Shown in pieces: positions 12,596 to 25,547 of a DNA stretch of 64,000 nt. The notes under the pieces are model-generated. The model made no database searches. It was given only the letters and a program-made list of their open reading frames with translations, and was not told where the DNA came from. Each line of letters begins with the position of its first letter. The first letter of the stretch is position 1. The DNA is from Pelagomonas calceolata (Eukaryota), in the NCBI GenBank assembly GCA_918797485.1, contig CAKKNE010000001.1:2852001-2916000 (forward strand), read 5' to 3'. Both the position numbers and the translations under genes were made by a program.

Positions 12596-15500
12596 TTGCT
12601 TGAGCCGATGCCGATGCCAACTATGGTGTCAAAGATTTCTCGGCGTAGATGGAGTCGTGATAATTATCAGTTCGCCTTTGTGGCACCAGCATTAGACCTT
12701 ATCTCCTTGCTACGCGGTTTAACGACGGCAGGGAATGAAACGAACGCACTCTGTATCCTACTTGTCAGATATATGCGTGGTCTCGGCCAGACTGAAGTGC
12801 CCCTGCACTTATGTTCAACCACGATGCGTTGTCGAGCACGAATCCTTGAAAAGGTGAATGTCTTGCATTATACACCTCTCTGGAGGGCGCTTGAGAGTTT
12901 AATCATACTCATGAAGAATCATAATGTCTCCATGAGTAAACAAAGCGCATCGTACCTGGTGAGCAATCATTGCTTCATGGTCAATGGTATGTAATTTGCA
13001 TGTATTTTTAGGCAGCTCAGTTGGCGGCAATAATTAGTTCATCGAGTCACAATGGCAGGTATGCAAGCATTTTGGCTCTATTCCGCGGCTTTATCCAAGC
13101 TGCTGTTGGTGATGTGTCAGTGACCTTGGATGAGACGCCGCACAGACTGAACGCACAGACTGAATGTTCAAGTTTAACGTTTCTCCTTTCGGTATCATCA
13201 TCTCTTGACTTACCGTTTTGGCTGATCCACAGTCTGCTCCGAGAGCTCACTCTCCTGGTCGATTTGAAGCTTCCATTGCATAGTTTTGCATATTCTTTTT
13301 TAATAATCTGGTCAGAGAAACCATGCTATGTGCACCATTAATATTGCTGGTGTGAGTAGGGCGAATGCACAGAATTGTCCTGATCAAGAGCCACAAAATT
13401 ACCTGAATCATGTGCTTGCAATGGATACTACCAGCACTACCTCAGGATTACCTGTGATACATGAAAGACGGGAGACTGATTTGCACATTAAACCAGCTGG
13501 ATCAAATCTGTCCGTGGAAGAGTCGACATGAATCAACCCCATGTTGAAGGTCCTAGCAGAAAATTTGTAGGTGCTTCCACTTCCGATGTTTTGGTGAGCT
13601 TGTGCACACTATCCAAAATTCTTTCTTGTCATTATTGGAACGAATGGCAGATTCCTTGCCCAACCAAAGAATGAACAAATTCGAAGATATTGTTTGCAAT
13701 GCTGTCCTTGAAATGACTGGAGAGCTTCAGACGTTGAGTTCAAGGGTAACCACCGATCGCGCATTGGATCTCCTGATATATATTGCCATTCTTTCCGGGC
13801 ATCCTATTGATGTTTGCAGAGCAATGAACGTCTTCTCATTGCATTATACTTGCTATGTTCCATGAATTCTATGACCATAGGTTGATCGTGCTTGCGGACA
13901 TGCCCTACTTGTTCTAGTTGACTTTCTCGCACCACACACCAAAAATGGTAATGCCTTTGCTTGCTGGGATACCGTACTGCACAAAATTATTGAGCTACTG
14001 GACATTCAGTCTCGATGCACGATATCATCGAACTGTAGACTATGTCATTCTATTCCTCTTAGCATAGTACTAGAGACCCACATATTTAATATTTTATTGA
14101 GATCTGCAACAAACGAGCATTCCGGCGCCAAAAAAATCTCAAGCAAGACATTGTGGTATTCTTGATATAGGCTCATTTGCACCTGGCAGTGAACTCAACA
14201 GTTAGTGAGTTGGCAACGCTGGTACTTGGGAGTCCTGCTTTTTCCCGTGGTCCTGCTTGTGGTTCTGTGCGAGCATTGTCCATGGCTGGAGCACATAATG
14301 AGGATGATACCTCTAGGCGCTTGTTGATGCAGTTTTGACTGAGGCCAGAATAGACCAGAAGCACCACAAATTGATCTTTGAACTTGAAGCCCATAGCTAT
14401 GGTCTATTTGAAAGATGTATTTCACCGACTCAAGCTTGCATGCTACTGGAGTAACTGATTGAGCCATAATGAAATAATCACACTCGTGTCATAGAACCAT
14501 CAGTCATCTAGGTGGCTACTTGAGGGTGACAGTGACTGCTGCTCATACCAAAATGTACGCGTATTCGAGTTCTGTTTGGAACTAACTCAATATTGCCCAA
14601 TAGGCCTTAAGCAATGCCTCGATCTATGCAAATTTCTGTGTCACTTGAAAGCAACAAGTCTCCAACCATCCAACTGATATTGTAGGAACAAGCTTTCATT
14701 GGTAACATGGTGCACACGCCGTATCCCCTTATTGTACATCACAGTTCAGCTATTCAGGTTCCTGTGGTGATGTGTCGTGTCTTCCATCGACATGTCTGTG
14801 GTCTGATTTCACATCCTTTTCGTGATCCTTCCAGCCCCAAGACACTTCAAAATTTGGTTGGGAGCATACGATGTAGTCAAACTCACACTATGCGAAACTC
14901 ATATATTGGGATGCGTCAACCCTTTGAGCGCATAACTCAACGAGTCAGTTGCATGCCAAATGGCTTCACTCCAAGGCATTTGTGGCTAACTTGGCTTCCT
15001 GGGTGCTTTCAAGCTCTTTTCGCCACAGAATTGTCTTCAGAGGACTCATCCTCAGTAGTCTCCTCTGTCCAATGCTTGTTTTCAATTGGTTACGCGAGTG
15101 CTCTGGCAACATATCCCCCAAAGCCAATGAAAGAATTGACAACTTGGTTATTTCTTGGAACGTTTATTGGTTGCCAAAAGTTTATTTTAGAGTGTACCTC
15201 TTTATTCTTCAAGGATCTGGTGTGGATTGTCAACAACATTGTACATGCACCCGGGAATACCATGAAAAGTCGTCATCGAGCAGTGCCTTTTAGCTTGTCA
15301 TTCAGATTGGCCAGCTGTTAGGCTCGTGGGCAGCTAGTTCCTATTTGCTCCGTCTTGACTTCTACATGCCAATGGTAGCTGTCTGTTAGCTGCGCCTTCT
15401 CTTTGCAATTCACAGGGCTAGCATGCTCCCTCTCAGGTCTGGTCGCCCAATGACGTTTCTATCAAAAAGGAAAGCAATTTCACTCACCTTGTCTCAGGGC

Positions 15501-16490
15501 GATGCGGCCACTCATCTTTTCTTACTTACCTTCAGCGGGAAATCAATCGAGACAATAGAGACGAAAGCAAGCGGTATGCTTTATTCCTTCGCCTCTGGAG
15601 TTTTTTGTATGCACAACGTAGTAGCGCTATAAGGTCTTCTGGTGAAGATAAGCTCCCCTATAGCGCCACGGCGTCTAATGACCTGTGCTGCTGCCTAACC
15701 TCGTTCGCATGCAGTCAAAGCTACCATTGTCTGACATCAAAGCTGCTGGACGACAGCGAAGTAATCCTTCTGAATTTTATCCAGTGCATTCGGGCCTCCT
15801 CCAGAATTCGACGCCTGAGCCTTCAACAGCTTGATCTGCCACCCTTGCTTTTGGCAATTCAACTACTTTCTGGCAACGCTACTGGTATGCGTCTTCCTTG
15901 CGTGGTCTTGGGTACTCTTTCCTCTGTTTCTGCAACTGAATCGTCGTTGTCGTTGAAAAATGTTATGGAATCCTGCAATACATTTCGACAGCTAGCCACC
16001 AAGCACGATACGTCTCTCACTTGCCACGTGTTTACCGTAGTTTTGAGCATGATATATGATTACAATCGCTTGCTGGAAAAGTTTTTTTCCGCCAAAATCA
16101 TTTCGCTTCGAAAGTGGCTGCATGCTGTTGGTTTCCTCTCTCAGCTGCTTAACCAAAACCCACGAGTGTGCTCTCAGACTGCAGCGTTAAGAAGCTTAAA
16201 TTCGCGTGTTCAGTCACGTGCCCTCAGTAGTACACCATCGCATTCCACTAGTCAGATGGAAGCACTGCTAAATGAAGACAAGTATTGGAGGCAGTGGATG
16301 ATAGAAGGTGAATTGCATTTGTTGTACAAACAGGCAGTCCATGCTGATCTCCTGCGCTCTAGTACTAAATGCCAGTGGCAAAACAGTCAACCCCCCAATG
16401 CTTTATCCCAATGAAATCGGTTTTGAACCTGCTCAAGAAGTTTTAGGAACTGGCCATCTGCCCCGAGTTGCCCAAAATTGCCGACGGTAG
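12596..16490 (+). CDS. Possible long multi-exon gene or degraded gene of unknown function
   Basis: Chain of same-strand, Leu-rich ORFs (60-270 aa) with composition like the neighbouring genes; no recognisable motif. Confidence 0.3.
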
Positions 16491-16622
16491 AATCTCCGGG
16501 TAACTTGAAGTTCTTACGCCCGAGGAAGTCGCCACTTGCTATACCCCCCCTATCCTATACCCTTTTATATACACTTACACACACACTGGCACAACACGCC
16601 ACGCGTAATTAAACACCGTGAC

Positions 16623-17097
16623 ATGTGGGGGAAGCCAGACTAGGATTGCTCCATAGCGAATATAAACGCTGTCCTGTAGTGTGGATTTTCTAAAACGAAG
16701 GTTAACCAGGTCGATTCCCGTCCCCTAACAAAGTTTGGGATGGGGTCGTCGGGATTTGGCGTTTTGGCAGACCGATGACTGCAAAAAATACCCGCACGAT
16801 GTGATTCGGCTCGCTCCTAAGCGGTCTTCTTCGGCCCGAACGGCGTCCAGAGCCGCCACACAGTCATCGCCTTGCTTCAGCACCCTTGAATACCGTTGTA
16901 GCCGCCGTGCTGAACGCATGCAGCTGCAGCCGGCGCCAATCGTACTAAACGGGTTTTTTACGACTTTGGAGCTCTCCCTCTCATCGTCATCGACCTCCGT
17001 ACAGACCCCTGACCGATCCCTCTCGGAGACTTCATGCGAAAAAGCCGGTAATTTCGGATCGATTAAGACTTAGTCAGTACCTGGCTTCCCCCCCCCT
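16623..17097. mobile_element. MITE-like insertion with an 8-bp TSD (ACCGTGAC)
   Basis: ACCGTGAC at 16615-16622 and 17098-17105; subterminal inverted repeats GGGGGAAGCCAG / CTGGCTTCCCCC; the flanks rejoin to resemble the uninterrupted repeat at about 12260-12340. Confidence 0.6.
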
Positions 17098-18023
17098 ACC
17101 GTGACCGTAAACTTGAACCAAAAACTACTTAGTGTATTTTACGGTAGCCGCTCCTCGGCAGACTATCTCAGCCGCCGTACTCCCAAAGGTGCGTACTCCT
17201 TTGGTCTTGCATCATACTCCGCCGTATTGCCTTTCAAGTTTGAAATCCTACACTTTCACGAGTGACCACACTTCACTCGTTGGGAGAGAAAACCCAGCAG
17301 TTTGTTAGCATTTTAATAAAACGAGCCTCTGAGTCAGCATCTCCGCCCTCTGAGTCAGCACCGGGCCTGAGCCAGACACCCAGGTTACCGTGTGACGGAC
17401 GAAGTATTCGTCCAAAGCATATTAGGTGCATGTTGTGATGACAACCCTCATTTTAAAGACTGCGTCTTGAAACCAGGACGAGATTCGGGGTGAGGCCGCA
17501 TATTCAAGTTACACGCCTCCCCTTCCTATGCAGCCCTCCGGACGACCTCGGGCATCGAAACGGACCCCTGGTGGGCACTTTAATACCCAACATCTTATTT
17601 TTCACTGGAATAGACTCCGAGTCTCTCATTACAATTCACACCACGCAAATCACATCAACCTCGACGATCCGGCCGAATAGCGGCCTGCCAATTGCGACGC
17701 TTTGTTTGGCTAAATTTAGCAAAGCGCACCGTCCGGGTATCAGTAAGAAGAAGTTCATACCTTTTTGGCCACGAGCTCGAGGCCTAGGCCTCGTGAACAG
17801 CTGCTCTCAAACACCACCGCATAGGCTTACGGGACACATTTCGTCAAGCAGCGTGGCGGGCGCGTGTGTTCATTGTGATGCTGTCGGCTGCCACGAAAAG
17901 CTTTTGCAGCGCTGACAGCCTCGGCACGCGAGTGACTTCAAGGAGACCTGTCGCAGATGCCAGGCCCATGGTCGAGGTGGCAGTTTCACGCCTAGCAACA
18001 GCGCGTTCAATTTCCTATCCATT

Positions 18024-19301
18024 TTAGCGTTCGATAGCGTCCAGGCTAAGTAAAGTCTCAACAACGAGGGCCTTTTCCTCAGCAAATTGAGCATCTGCGT
18101 CCTTGTCGTTGTGGAAGTTACGAAGGTATGTAACTAGCTTATCTCGATTCTTCACCAGAATGAGGGTAATATCTACGGGTTTCCGGGGATTTGCAACAAA
18201 TACCTTTATCATCCGCCATGGTGACTCATTAACTGAATTTGCAAGACTACCTTGAAGAGATGGAAAGCTTCAATTTGAATGCGTTTTCGTTTGCATCTGA
18301 GCAGATTCATAAGTATCTTTAGGTTCTCACGGTCTGAAATGTAACTCATCATAATACTGAAGTTCTCACGCAGAAGAAGGAGCTCGCCGAGGAGTCGGAT
18401 ACTTTCACGGCATGTCACATAATTATTTGATTGAAGCAAAAGGTTGAAATGGCACACAAAGGCTGCATAATTATTTTGGATAAACCTCGCAGCCAGGACA
18501 CCATGTCCCATGAGAAGGACCTTTAGCAACTCAAATGCATCTGCTGTTACCTCAAAACTTTTTAGCTGCACTAAGTCCTGAAAAAGAAGGATTGCTACCT
18601 GGATCCCCGGAGTGAAAGGTGACACTGCTTGGATGCGGTGAAAAAAAAAAGCCAGAAGTTTGGGGCCTCCAAAAGTGACTTTGCCACTATTTCATGTCGC
18701 GCTGCTTCCCGGAGCCTAATTTTATAATAAACTGCAGATTTGATCTGGGAGCATGCTGATTCTGGTGGATTTGGGCGCACTTACATCATACCGCGAATCA
18801 ATGCGAGATCGGCGGTCTCATCTTTGTAGGCGTTCGTAAGAGAGGAGATGATTATAGGGCTCTTTGCAATTACTGTAGCAAATTCAGTAGTATCTGTTCG
18901 ATTCACCAAGTTGGCAAACACATGCGCTGCACTTTTACGTTGTTCTAATGGCAAAAGATCAAGGCACGAGACCAAGCCTGCAGCAAAGTCAGGTTGCGTA
19001 GCAGCCGCAGCTGCAACAAGGGCTCCTCTGCTTTCATCAGGATCACTCTCAGCGTCACCTAGATCAATTGGAGTTAGTTGATTGAAGGTTTCCAAATGAT
19101 ACCAATCAGTATCAAGCCAAGTTCTTGAAGGTGCGTGGCCACAACTGTCGTAGACCTGTTTGCAATTTCTAGCGATGTTTTGTCAACACCAGCAAGTCGA
19201 GTTTGAAACCGCGCGTATCTGGTGGAAGTCAATTCCAAAGTTGCGGAGACTAGGCCTGAGACCAACTCCTCGGGAGGCGCCGGTCGTCTTAGAAACCACA
19301 T
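18024..19301 (-). CDS. MO25: MO25/CAB39 family protein, multi-exon
   Basis: SFEVTADAF, NYVTCRESIRLLGELLL, IQIEAFHLFK, VFVANPRKP. Confidence 0.9.
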
Positions 19302-21886
19302 GCGCGTTGCGTCTCGAGCCAACCACAGGCGTCAGGCACGACCGACCGACCTGCCAGCTACGAGCTTGTACTAGCTATCTACTTTGGAGCCTGGTTCTCT
19401 TACTTAAGTACTTTGAGAGTAGGGATGCCTAGTCTTAGAGCTAAGAGCGACACAGTATTGGACACCGCTCCAGAGTTTAAAAGACAACGGGTAATCGGAA
19501 TGCGGCGCGGCCGCTGGCGAGCTTATTTTGCCAAATCGGGAAGCCGGCGTCCTCGGGAGTAGCGGGAACGCTCGTTTCGCATCAGGTCGGGCGGCGTGCG
19601 GCGTGCGTCACGCACGTTCGGAACAAGCGACACCGCAGCGGCACATGCTGCACATGGTTGCGGAAGCGATGCTAGGAGCCGACAGAGTCGCCAAGATCAC
19701 CAGAAACGGTCCGGGCACGGCGAACTCCTGCCGCGTCGCGGCGCGCGGCGCTCCGACCCAAGTCATCTCTGGCGGTCGCTCACAGTGGAGAAATCGTTCA
19801 CACGGCGCGTATAGATGTGCTCGTAAAGCCGCAGGTGGTGGCGTTGCATACACGCGGACTCATTTTTCACTCTTACCTACTAGCGGAACTAGCAGAGCTC
19901 GGTGCGCGACGCGAGCGGCGCCTCTGCGGAAATCGCGGCGGCTAGCCGAGTTTGCGACCAAACGGTCGGGCCTCAACAAAAAAAAACGGAGCGAAAGGCG
20001 TCTTTGCGCGCGCACGGGCGATTTCGTCGAAAAAGAGGAACCCAGTATTTAAGCTATTGGAGCTGGGGTACCTAGTACCCAGTATGTCTGTCGAGTAAAG
20101 GCACCTACGTCTAGTACCTACGGTATGAGAGGAGAGAGGAGAGCAGGGTAACTAGTAGTACTCAGAATTGGATGTGCAAATAAAGCTCAAGGGCTCCCGG
20201 CCTGGATATAGTATGATATAGAGCCGGGCCCCGGGGGCGCCGGGCCGTGGCACTGCATGGGCCGCGACGAGGCATGATTGGTGCTTAACAGAACATGCAT
20301 GAATGAAGACTACGCCTTAATCCAGGACGAGGTTTAGAGGATCCACATCCAACTACTAAATCGACCCGAAAATTCTACCATCACATCTTGCATCATTCGC
20401 ACTGGCACGTCGTCCGTGACGGCCTCCCTTGGCCTTCACTGAGTAGTGTTCTAGCTACTACCTCCTAAATACTAAGCTAGAGCCTGAGCTCCTCGCTTGC
20501 GATAGCGCCTACGGTACCGTACTGGTAGGTACCTACGGTACCTACGGTACTCGGTCTTGATAAGCCTCCTACCCATCGAACCCCGTTTTGCAGGGTTTTC
20601 GAAATTAAGGCAAAACCGGCCCGTACGCGCCCCTTAGGTCTCCCCAGGAGTCCTCGTACCGAATGGGAGATGTCTCGGCGCCCCCCGGCCAAGATGAGGC
20701 AAACTGGGTGACCAGGCCCTAGATGCCTCCCTGGAGGGACCCTCCCCCCGGTCGCTGTTGTTATGTGTCACTCGCAAGTAAGTTTCCCTTTTCATGTTAC
20801 TCGAAAGGTCCTCTGCGCGAGCTCCCGGGCGCCCCACAAAACGACGCCCGCGCGGGCGTGTGCTCGAGGCCCGCGAGCGCCTCTCGCGGCCGTCGCGAGG
20901 CCGCGCCGGCGCCGCGCCGCGCCGGATTTGCGCCGCGCCTTCGACCTCGCTACCGCGGCGGTAGGCGTCGGCCCGGCGCCGCGCCCCGGCGGCGCGCCAG
21001 AGCCGCGCCGCCCCGGCGCCGTCCTCGGGACGCGCGGCCGTGGCCACCTCCCGGCCTCAACCGCGCCGCCGGCCCGCAGAGTGCCTCTCGGCATCCCTAC
21101 GCGGCGCTCCGCCGACGGGGATCGATCCGCGTAGCGATGTGGCCGACCGCAGCCATCGCGCTCAGAGGGCGCTTTTCTCCGCCGTCGAGGCCGTTCGCGC
21201 TGCACTTTTTTTAGCCAGGCCCCTAGCTCAGTACCCAGTCTCGACTCCTACCGAGTCTCGCCGCCCGAGGGGCCGCCAGGGCCGCACTAGAGGCCAATGC
21301 ATCGACTTAATAGACACACTAGACTAGCATCATGCAACCGACCGCTTGGCTATAGTCAATTCGGGTTGCGGGGGCGCGCGCCTAGAGGGGTGACGGGGTA
21401 GCTATCCCCCGCGAGCGTGTACGTAAGCTTGCTGCCGGTCGTAGAAGCGTGCGTCGTCGTCGCCGTGCCCGGGCGCTAAAAAACCCTAAAACAATTCACT
21501 TCTTAAACGGGTTTTCCAGCGCAATGGCCCCGGCCCTGCGCGGCGCGCGGGGCACCTCCGAGAAAACCGAGATAGGTGCGATCGCTCCGCCCCACGCCCG
21601 GCCCCCGGTCCAAAGGAGAAGGCCCGAGGCGCCGACGCGGCGAAGAAATCGACGGACTTGGGAAAACCTTAAGTGTGGGCGTGGCTGACACAAATCTCAT
21701 CGCGCGGCGGCGAGGGGCCTTCGGGAGTCGCCCCGGGAGATATGATGGCGCTGCGACGGGTCGGAGCGACGATTGGGCTGGCGGACTTGGCGCGGCGGGC
21801 GTCGCCGCGATCGGGGCGTTTTGCTGGAAACGGATGCGGTGCCAGCCATGAGCGAAATTTAGGCCGCAGAAGCGTTTAGGGGTGTC

Positions 21887-23121
21887 CTACGGCCGCCGCG
21901 GTGCCGCGGTGCTAGCCGCCGAGGCTATTTCGAGGTGATAAAGCCGCGACGAGGAGATTTCGAGGTCGGTGCCCGTACGATCTCGAAATCTCGTCGCAGC
22001 TAGTAGCGCGATTTGTGGAAACGGCGTCGACACGCGTCTAAACGACTGATCGAGTATGAACGAGATCTGCTGTCGGCCGCGCTTTAAATTTGGACTTGCG
22101 TATCGCCGGCGATTCACCCAGTCTACGAAATGACTAGGTTTGCCCTTCTCCGGCCGTCGGAGCGGCACGGCCGGCTCCCGCGTTGTGTTTCGAGACGCCT
22201 CGGGCTCTACTACGAATTGCGTGCCTCCAAAAAAAGGGCTAAGTGGCTTTCGTGCACGGTAGACGTGGCCATGTAGCCACCGCATGGCCTTCTCTGAGTA
22301 TCTATCAAAATCACGTGCACGATAGCGAGGCAGTGGTTTTTTTGGGAGCGCCACGCCATCCTCGTCCACCTCATCATCTTCATCTGAATCGACGCAGCCG
22401 TCGTCAGTGATGTCCACGGACTCCTCGTCGTCGTCACTGGAGTCAGACTCGTCGTCGGAGCCCGCGTCGACATTTAAGGACAGCACAAAGGGCTGCACAG
22501 GTGCTGGTTCAGGTTGTGCTTCTGCGTGTTTTTGTTTTTTCTTCTTTCTCCTTGCGTCAGGGCCCCACCGAGTAAAGGACCCTCGCTTCGCCGCCGGCTT
22601 CCTGCCTTCTACTCTCTGAAGACGCCTACACAGGTCGGCAAAGCTTCGCCGATAGCAAAAGGATCATCTGGAGGTGGCCGTGATGGCTTCGACGACCTGC
22701 CCTCTTTATCCTCCCTTAAATCGTCCGCATTTTTGACGACGTCTTGCCAAGTGGGAAACAAGCCGAGACGTCTGATTGTGCTCTTAGCGCTTCGACTGTG
22801 TCGGCTCCTATCATACTCGTGAACTGAGAGGAACCACTGCCCAGCTCGACGCTGCTTGCGGTTTTGTTCGTTGTCGGGCCACTGCTGGACGTACGCCGGC
22901 GGCTCGCCGCTGGGAATGGGCTCGGTTGGGTTGGGCCACAGCGTCGTGCGCACGTACTGTTTGTCCGCCGGAGGCGCTGACATGCTGCGCGAAGAAGAGC
23001 TGTAGCTGCCCTGGCAGCGGCAGCGCGCCGTGCCCCACAGGGGCTTTTTAAAGCGCGTGCCCCCGCTGAGAGCGGGAGCTAGCGTCGGTGGGATACTAGC
23101 CGATTGAGGGCTCCCTGACAC
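21887..23121 (-). CDS. Hypothetical protein(s) with an acidic tract
   Basis: Two same-strand ORFs (170 and 203 aa) with protein-like composition. Confidence 0.35.
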
Positions 23122-23429
23122 ATTAGTATGAACACAAGGATGAAAACTCCCTATGTATCAATTTAACTATCGGGACAGACGCATCGCTTGGGGCCCTCTG
23201 AGCGGAACTTTGGCAGCATTCAGAGGTTTCCCAGGAGGGCTGCCACCGTCGGCGAGACCGTTCACATCCTTAATCGAGTCCTTACCGATGTATACAGTTC
23301 CCTTATGGGGTGGGGGACGTAATTCGGCCATCCGTTTCTGTCAGGGGGGGGATGTCGCTGCATGCTGAAACCCCCCTCGTCGTAGTTAATAATCGGTCTT
23401 GTAAGCCTCCTATCAGTCATCATGAGGTG

Positions 23430-24032
23430 ATGGCGTACGATCACCTCTTAAAGGTCTTGCTGATCGGCGACGCGGGGGTCGGCAAGAGCTCGCTACTCCT
23501 GCGCTATACAGAAGACAAATTCGACGAGGCGCTCGGGTCCACGATCGGCGTAGACTTCAAGGTAAAGACGGTCGAGGCTGACGGGAAACGCGTGAAACTG
23601 ACACTCTGGGATACGGCGGGCCAGGAGCGTTTCCGAACGCTGACGTCGTCGTACTATCGCGGTGCGCAGGGTGTCGTTCTCGTGTACGACGTGACCCGGC
23701 GCGCGACATTCGATGATCTCCAACGATGGCTGGAGGAGGTCGACGCGTACGCGCCCGGTGGCGGCGAAGAGGTTGTGAAACTGCTCGTCGGCAACAAGAT
23801 CGACCGCGACGTCGTTGTCCCGCGCACCGAGGCCGCAGCCTGGGCCCGCCGCCGGGGCATGCTCTTCGTCGAAACGTCAGCCAAAGCTGCGGTTGGTGTC
23901 ACCCAGGCTTTCTGCGAGGTTGTTAACAAGATCCTCGAAAACCCCGTTCTTGTCGCAGCCACGATGCCGGGCAGGAAGCGGGCTGGCCTCGCGGGTGCCA
24001 GACAGCCTACGGCGCCGGCTGCATGTTGCTGA
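23430..24032 (+). CDS. RAB18: Rab18/RabC small GTPase, intronless
   Basis: GDAGVGKS, STIGVDFKVK, WDTAGQERFRTLTSSYYRGAQG, NKID, ETSAK, C-terminal CC. Confidence 0.92.
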   Translation: MAYDHLLKVLLIGDAGVGKSSLLLRYTEDKFDEALGSTIGVDFKVKTVEADGKRVKLTLWDTAGQERFRTLTSSYYRGAQGVVLVYDVTRRATFDDLQRWLEEVDAYAPGGGEEVVKLLVGNKIDRDVVVPRTEAAAWARRRGMLFVETSAKAAVGVTQAFCEVVNKILENPVLVAATMPGRKRAGLAGARQPTAPAACC

Positions 24033-25547
24033 GAATGTCAAGGACTCATCTCAGAGGTCAACTGTTTGTTGATCGACCAACATGAATCTTTCGTGAGGCA
24101 ATGGCGACCTACGACCGTTTACGACGGGCCACCAGCATCAATCATGATGTCACGATGATGTCTATCGGTATCTTGAGACTCGGAGTGAACTCGACCGTTG
24201 CGCTTGTCCGCCGTCGAACCGAGCACTGCCCCGCCGAAAAGTGCAGTAGCAAGTGGTACGCACATGACGGAGACGACACTTGGCCCTGCTGAAGCAATTC
24301 ACTATAGAGTAAAGCTAGAGCTGCCTTTGAACCTGGCCACGCAAAAACAAGCTCCCCCAGTGACCCCCACGGTGCCACAGGAGCAGGGTAGAAATCGAGA
24401 TCTGAACTTCAAGTTAACTTTTAACTTTTCCGGCGGCCTGATCAGTGACTCCGAAACCAAAAGTCCGACTCGGGGTCCTGTGACATTCAACTTAAAGTCG
24501 AAGTAGAAGGGAGGAGGGGGTAAATTCTTGAATGTTCTAGATGTCCAAAAACCGGGCCTGAAGGGGAGGACTCGGTGGACTCAGTCAGGCTGTGGTTTCG
24601 GCAGGCCCCGACCTGTCACGGTGTGTCCGAGTGGCCTGGGGGGCTCCGGAGGCGGATGTATCTTCCGCGAGCGCGGCGACTGGCGGGAGGCAGCGCGGTT
24701 ACCAGTACTAAGTCCCGGCGAGAATTCCAAGTTTGGCGGGTATCGCCGAGGACTGCTAATGCCAACGGTTAAATTATTTTGGCGATTTATGTCAGTTTTT
24801 TTGACATGTTTTTATTAGAGGGGATGGTTCAAAAAAGTGGAATTTGTATATTTATATTCTATGTATCATCCGTCAGAAGGGAACATAAAGTATACACAAA
24901 ATCCCTATTATACTACTGGGACTTGAATCAAGCGACCAAGCGGTCCGCACAGATCCATAGGACGCGCCGAAGCCCCACGCAAAATGTTGTGGTCATGAAG
25001 CTCGCCGCGGCGCTGCTGTTGTCATGCTGCGGACTAGCGATAATCGCCCCCCACCCCCGCGCCGCATGTCGCCCGGAGCCGCCCCGGCGCCGCGTCCGAC
25101 TCGGCAGAGAACCGGCGGATCCAGCCACGGCGATGTAGTTGGCGTACGAATCACCGAGAGAATCCCCCCGCGGGTTGCCCCTGCAGCGGCCCTTGAGAGT
25201 GTCACGGTATAGGAGATCGTGGTAGTTTTTCAATTACCGCAATCACAGGGGGACAAAATACATGACATCTACAAAATAGGCAATTGCAACTACTCTCTGA
25301 TTACGGCGAAGGAAAAAAACAGCAACACCCGTTTGTTAAACTCCAGCGCTCACACGCACGGCCGTAGCTCCAGGCCGTTATTGCCCGGGAACCTTGAAAG
25401 CGGATGCTAGCAGCAGCAATAACACACGTTGTTTAGAGGAGGCCTGGCTGTGTGGTCTGCGGAGAGGAGGTGATACCGCGAAGCGGTGATACTCAGCCGG
25501 TCATTGTGGAAAAAACAATCCGCTTAGGGAGATAGTCCGTTGTGACA

